Source: an uncultured Holophagales bacterium (GTDB lineage: Bacteria; Acidobacteriota; Thermoanaerobaculia; Multivoradales; UBA5704). Taken from it: DNA of 64,000 nucleotides. Below the pieces are notes generated by a model. That model saw only the letters and a list, made by a program, of their open reading frames with translations. It did no database searches and was not told the DNA's origin. The stretch lies in NCBI GenBank assembly GCA_963842525.1, contig CAWJGT010000019.1, positions 320,001 to 384,000 of the forward strand, written 5' to 3'. The translations under genes and the position numbers were made by a program. Positions 59,992 through 64,000 of this stretch are shown one piece after another (the stretch's first letter is position 1; the number at the start of each line of letters is the position of its first letter).

Positions 59992-62175
59992 ATGACTCCG
60001 TTCCGTGATGTCCGCCGTCTGTTCCCCCTGCTCCTGCTGACCCTTCTGCTCCCGTCTGCCGCCGTCCTGGCCGCCGCACCGCCGGCCCGTTCCGACAATT
60101 TCCAGGAGTCCTCCCAGGTCGTCGCGGTCGAGGTTCCGATCAACGTGGTCGACCGGGACGGCAAGCCGGTGCGCGGGCTCACCGCCGCCGATTTCGAGAT
60201 CTTGGACCAGGGGGACGCCCAGACGATCACCGGCTTCGAGGTCGTCGACCTGGAGCAGGCCGGCAAGCCCGCGCCGGCGGCTGACGCGCTGCCCGAGGAG
60301 CCCCGCACCGCGAGCGCCCGGCGCCACTTCCTGCTGTTGTTCGACCTCTCCTACTCGTCCCCGACCGCGATCCTCAAGGCGCGGCTGGCGGCGCGGGAAT
60401 TCCTGCTCGAGTCGCTGCACCCGCAGGACGTCGCGGCGGTGGCCACCTTCTCGGTCCAGCGCGGCCCCCGCCTGGTGGTGGCCTTCACTCCCGACCGGGC
60501 GCAGCTCGCGCGGGCCATCGACACCCTCGGCCTGTACAACGTGCTCGACCCGACCGTCGAGCGCGACCCCCTGCGCCTGGTGCTCGAGGCGCCCGAGTCC
60601 TCCTTCAACCCCGCCAGCGGTCCAGAGAGCGAGCTCCGCGACGCCCTGAAGGCGCAGCGCGACCAGGCCGTGCTCGAGCACATCAGGACGCTGACCGCGG
60701 TGGTCGAGCAGAACGAGCGTACCTTCGCCGCGGCCCGCATCTCCGGCTTCACCCGCGCGCTGGCGGAGGTGGCCCGGGCGCTCAACGCCGTCCAGGGCCG
60801 CAAGCAGGTGATCTACTTCTCGGAAGGCTTCGACGGCAGGCTGCTGCTCGGGCGCTCCGACCCCGGCAGCCAGGAGGCCGAGCAGGACACCCAGAACATC
60901 ATGCGCGGCCAGACCTGGCTGGTGGACAGCGACACCCGCTACGGCAACACCGGCCTCCAGAACGACGTCAACCGCATGCTGGAGGAGTTCCGGCGGGCCG
61001 ATTGCGTCATCCAGGCGATCGACATCGGCGGCCTGCGGGCCGAGGCCGGGGCGGGCCAGCGCAGCGAGAGGCAGGACGGCCTCTTCGTGCTGGCCGACGG
61101 CACCGGCGGCGAGCTGTTCCGCAACGCCAACGACTTCCGCGGCCAGCTCGAGCGCGTGCTGGAGCACACCAGCGTCACCTACGTGCTGAGCTTCGAGCGC
61201 ACGGACCTCAAGACCGACGGCTCCTACCACCGGCTGCGGGTCAAGGCGAAGAACCTGCCGGCCGGAGCGCGGCTCTCCTACCGGACGGGCTACTACGCGC
61301 CGCGGCCCTTCCAGGACCTCGACCCGCTGGAGAAGAGCCTGCTCGCCTCGGACGGCATCATCAGCGCCGTGCCGCGGCGCGACCTCGCGCTGAGCGTGCT
61401 GGCCACGCCGTTCCGCGCCACTCCGACGCGGGCCTACGTGCCGGTCATCATCGAGGTCCCGGGGCGCAGCCTGCTCGAGGGGCAGCGCGGCAACAAGCTC
61501 ACCGTCGAGTTCTTCACCTACGCCAGCGACGGCCAGGAGCAGATGCGGGACTTTTTCTCCCAGATGGTGACCCTCGACCTCGGCAAGGGCCGCGCGGCGC
61601 TGGAGAAGACCGGCATCAAGTATTACGGCCATCTGGACCTGCCGCCCGGCAACTACCGGGTGCGCATCCTGGTGCGCAACTCCGAGACCGGCCGCACCGG
61701 CATCGAGTCCCTGCGGGTGTCGGTCCCGACCTACGAGGAGGCGCAGTCGATCCTCCTGCCGCCCCTCTTCATGGAGGACCGGCAGGGCTGGGTGATGGTC
61801 CGCGAGAAGGACAGCGAGACCCTCCAGACCTCGGTGGTCTACCCCTTCACGGTCAAGGGCGAGCCCTACGTGCCGTCCGCCCGGCCCGTCCTGGAGCGCG
61901 AGCGCTCCGCCTCCCTCTGCCTGGTGGCGTACAATCTGGGGCAGGGGGACCTGGACCTCGAAGGGAAGGTGTTGGCGGCGGATGGACAGACCTTGCCGGC
62001 CGGGCGCCTGTCGCTGATCGAGCGCACGTCGACCGGCATCTCGGGCCTGGACAAGCTGCTCGCCACCTTCGACCCCAAGGGCCTCCAGGCAGGGAGCTAC
62101 GTCCTGCACGTGGCGGTGAAGAACTCCGCCACTGGACAGCAGGAGGTCAACTCGCTGCCGTTCACGATCCGCTGA
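59992..62175 (+). CDS. Acidobacterial VWA-domain exported protein
   Basis: VVAVEVP..VVDRDGKPVRGLTAADF, FLLLFDLS, GRKQVIYFSEGF, LADGTGG, YHRLRVK..RTGYY. Confidence 0.9.
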   Translation: MTPFRDVRRLFPLLLLTLLLPSAAVLAAAPPARSDNFQESSQVVAVEVPINVVDRDGKPVRGLTAADFEILDQGDAQTITGFEVVDLEQAGKPAPAADALPEEPRTASARRHFLLLFDLSYSSPTAILKARLAAREFLLESLHPQDVAAVATFSVQRGPRLVVAFTPDRAQLARAIDTLGLYNVLDPTVERDPLRLVLEAPESSFNPASGPESELRDALKAQRDQAVLEHIRTLTAVVEQNERTFAAARISGFTRALAEVARALNAVQGRKQVIYFSEGFDGRLLLGRSDPGSQEAEQDTQNIMRGQTWLVDSDTRYGNTGLQNDVNRMLEEFRRADCVIQAIDIGGLRAEAGAGQRSERQDGLFVLADGTGGELFRNANDFRGQLERVLEHTSVTYVLSFERTDLKTDGSYHRLRVKAKNLPAGARLSYRTGYYAPRPFQDLDPLEKSLLASDGIISAVPRRDLALSVLATPFRATPTRAYVPVIIEVPGRSLLEGQRGNKLTVEFFTYASDGQEQMRDFFSQMVTLDLGKGRAALEKTGIKYYGHLDLPPGNYRVRILVRNSETGRTGIESLRVSVPTYEEAQSILLPPLFMEDRQGWVMVREKDSETLQTSVVYPFTVKGEPYVPSARPVLERERSASLCLVAYNLGQGDLDLEGKVLAADGQTLPAGRLSLIERTSTGISGLDKLLATFDPKGLQAGSYVLHVAVKNSATGQQEVNSLPFTIR

Positions 62176-62294
62176 GCGCTCCCCGGAGCCCGGCATGTCG
62201 TTTTTTGGTGTCTTGTTGTTGCGTACGTGAGGGCATTCAACGCCGACGCGGTCCGCCGGAGCTTTCCGGCGGCGCGGTGCGGAAAGGGGAGATC

Positions 62295-64000
62295 ATGAGA
62301 GGAAAGCTCGAGCTTCGCCGGCTCGGCGCGCTGGCGGCCGTCCTGGCCCTGGCTCTGGCCACCACCACCCAACCAGCCCCGATGGCTGCCCAGACGTTCT
62401 CGGAATCGGCCGACGTGGTCGTCGTCGAGGTGCCGGTGCAGGTCGTCCGCGACGGCCAGCCGGTGCGTGGCCTGACCGCCGCGGACTTCGAGGTCTACGA
62501 CGGCCGCCAGAAGCAGGCGGTCACCGGGTTCGAGGTCCTGGACCTCGAGGTCGCGGCGCCCGCCGGACGGGCGGCGGCGGAGGTCCCGGCCGCCGGCCGC
62601 CGTCACTTCCTGATGCTCTTCGACCTCTACTTCGCCGAGCCCAAGTCGGTCCTCAAGGCGCGCACGGCGGCCGCCGACGTGGTCGACAAGCTGCACCCGA
62701 CGGACATGGTGGCCGTTGCCACATACACGGCCGCCAAAGGGCCGCAGATCGTCCTCGGCTTCACCTCGGACCGGCGGCAGATCGGGGCGGCGCTCAACAG
62801 CCTGGGCGTGCCGCAGATGCTCGACCGCAGCCCCGACCCCCTGCGCCTGGTGCTGGCGGACACGCAGGCGGCGCAGAACAGCCCGCAGAAGAGCGGCTCC
62901 GACCTCGGCCTGGATGTGCGCGCCGCGATCGACGAGGCCGCGGTCGATCTGGCCGAGACCCTGGCCGGCGTCTCGGGGAGGGCTCAGGCCGCGCAGCAGA
63001 AGGCGGTGATCACCGGCATGACGCGTTCCCTGGCCGATCTGGCCAAGATGATGGCCGGCGTCGAAGGGCGCAAGCACGTGGTCTACCTCTCCGAGGGCTT
63101 CGACTCCAAGCTCGTCCAGGGCTCCCTCGGCGCCAGCACGTCCGACACCGGGAGCCTGGGCGAGGACAGGCCGACGAACAGCAACGTGTCGGAGAGCGGC
63201 GAGATCTGGAAGGTCGACTCCGAGGAGCGTTACGGCGACATCAAGACGGGCAACGACGTCGAGAAGATGCTGGAGGAGTTCCGGCGCGCCGACTGCGTCA
63301 TCCAGGCGGTGGACATCGCCGGCCTGCGCGGCCAGGCGGATCTGGCCGGCCGACGGACCGGCGGCAAGGACACGCTCTTCAACTTCGCCAAGAGCACGGG
63401 CGGCGAGCTGTACGAGAACTTCAACGACCTCTCGGCCGCCATGCAGCAGATGCTCAAGCGGACGAGCGTCACCTATGTGCTCGCCTTCCAGCCCGACCAG
63501 CTCAAGGCCGACGGCGCCTACCGTCGCCTGCGCGTCGAGCTGAAGGGCCAGCCGCGCGGCACGCGCGTGATCCACCGTCCCGGCTACTACGCGCCGCGTC
63601 CCTACACCAGCCTGACCGGCCTCGAAAAGATGCTCGACGCCGCCAACGACATCGCCAGCGGCGAGGAGGCCGGCGCCATCCGCACCTCGGTGCTGGCGGC
63701 GGCGTTCAAGGTGGCCGGCGAGAAGGCCTATGTCCCGGTGCTGATCGAGGTCGACGGCCCGACCCTGCTGGCCAACACGCAGGGCACGACCCTGCCGGCC
63801 GAGATCTACGTCTACGCCATGGACAAGGGCGGCTCGGTGCACGACTTCGTCAGCCAGACCTTCGGCCTCGACCTGGCCAAGACCGGGGCGCAGCTCCGCC
63901 AGACCGGCCTCAAGTTCTTCGGCCACGTCGACCTCCTGCCCGGCGACTACTCGATCCGGGTGCTGGTGCGCAACGGCGTGACCGGCGCCTCCAGCCTGCG
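62295..64000 (+). CDS. Second acidobacterial VWA-domain protein (runs off the window)
   Basis: Read directly from the sequence: MRGKLELRRLGALAAVLALAL..VVVVEVPVQVVRDGQPVRGLTAADF..GRKHVVYLSEGF; paralogous to the preceding gene. Absent from the ORF track, presumably because no stop is reached. Confidence 0.9.
   Translation, partial: MRGKLELRRLGALAAVLALALATTTQPAPMAAQTFSESADVVVVEVPVQVVRDGQPVRGLTAADFEVYDGRQKQAVTGFEVLDLEVAAPAGRAAAEVPAAGRRHFLMLFDLYFAEPKSVLKARTAAADVVDKLHPTDMVAVATYTAAKGPQIVLGFTSDRRQIGAALNSLGVPQMLDRSPDPLRLVLADTQAAQNSPQKSGSDLGLDVRAAIDEAAVDLAETLAGVSGRAQAAQQKAVITGMTRSLADLAKMMAGVEGRKHVVYLSEGFDSKLVQGSLGASTSDTGSLGEDRPTNSNVSESGEIWKVDSEERYGDIKTGNDVEKMLEEFRRADCVIQAVDIAGLRGQADLAGRRTGGKDTLFNFAKSTGGELYENFNDLSAAMQQMLKRTSVTYVLAFQPDQLKADGAYRRLRVELKGQPRGTRVIHRPGYYAPRPYTSLTGLEKMLDAANDIASGEEAGAIRTSVLAAAFKVAGEKAYVPVLIEVDGPTLLANTQGTTLPAEIYVYAMDKGGSVHDFVSQTFGLDLAKTGAQLRQTGLKFFGHVDLLPGDYSIRVLVRNGVTGASSL

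Overview
GC-rich bacterial DNA, probably Acidobacteriota/Thermoanaerobaculia-like (inferred from the acidobacterial VWA proteins, sulfatase-TPR genes and Oar-like TonB receptor). Many genes are broken by single-base indels, most likely long-read errors. About 5.3-25.4 kb (minus strand) is an Afp/PVC/MAC-type extracellular contractile injection system (eCIS) with no recognisable tail-fibre gene and a near-identical sheath-tube duplication. Upstream are two lower-GC cargo genes sharing an N-terminal leader (one has a 2OG-Fe(II)-oxygenase-like motif set split by four ~56-aa repeats), a secreted thaumatin-like protein, a small unknown protein, and a Ser/Thr kinase plus ECF43-like sigma factor. The same bipartite motif (TGTC-N18-GCGAT) lies in front of four of these transcription units, suggesting a kinase-activated regulon. 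This block, plus a DUF4157-WHH nuclease gene flanked by inverted repeats, appears to sit in a ~37.5 kb integrated element (candidate att cores at 2089 and 39630, matching arm-type repeats, a degenerate tyrosine integrase and phage replication remnants). To the right are an M48 peptidase, a small gene followed by a ~20-unit palindromic 19-20 bp array, a group II intron inserted in a REP hairpin, glpD, an orphan antitoxin, a Cys-rich secreted peptide and an envelope cluster (sulfatase-TPR x2, TPR, TonB receptor, transglutaminase-TPR, VWA x2). All family assignments come from motif recognition by eye, not database searches.
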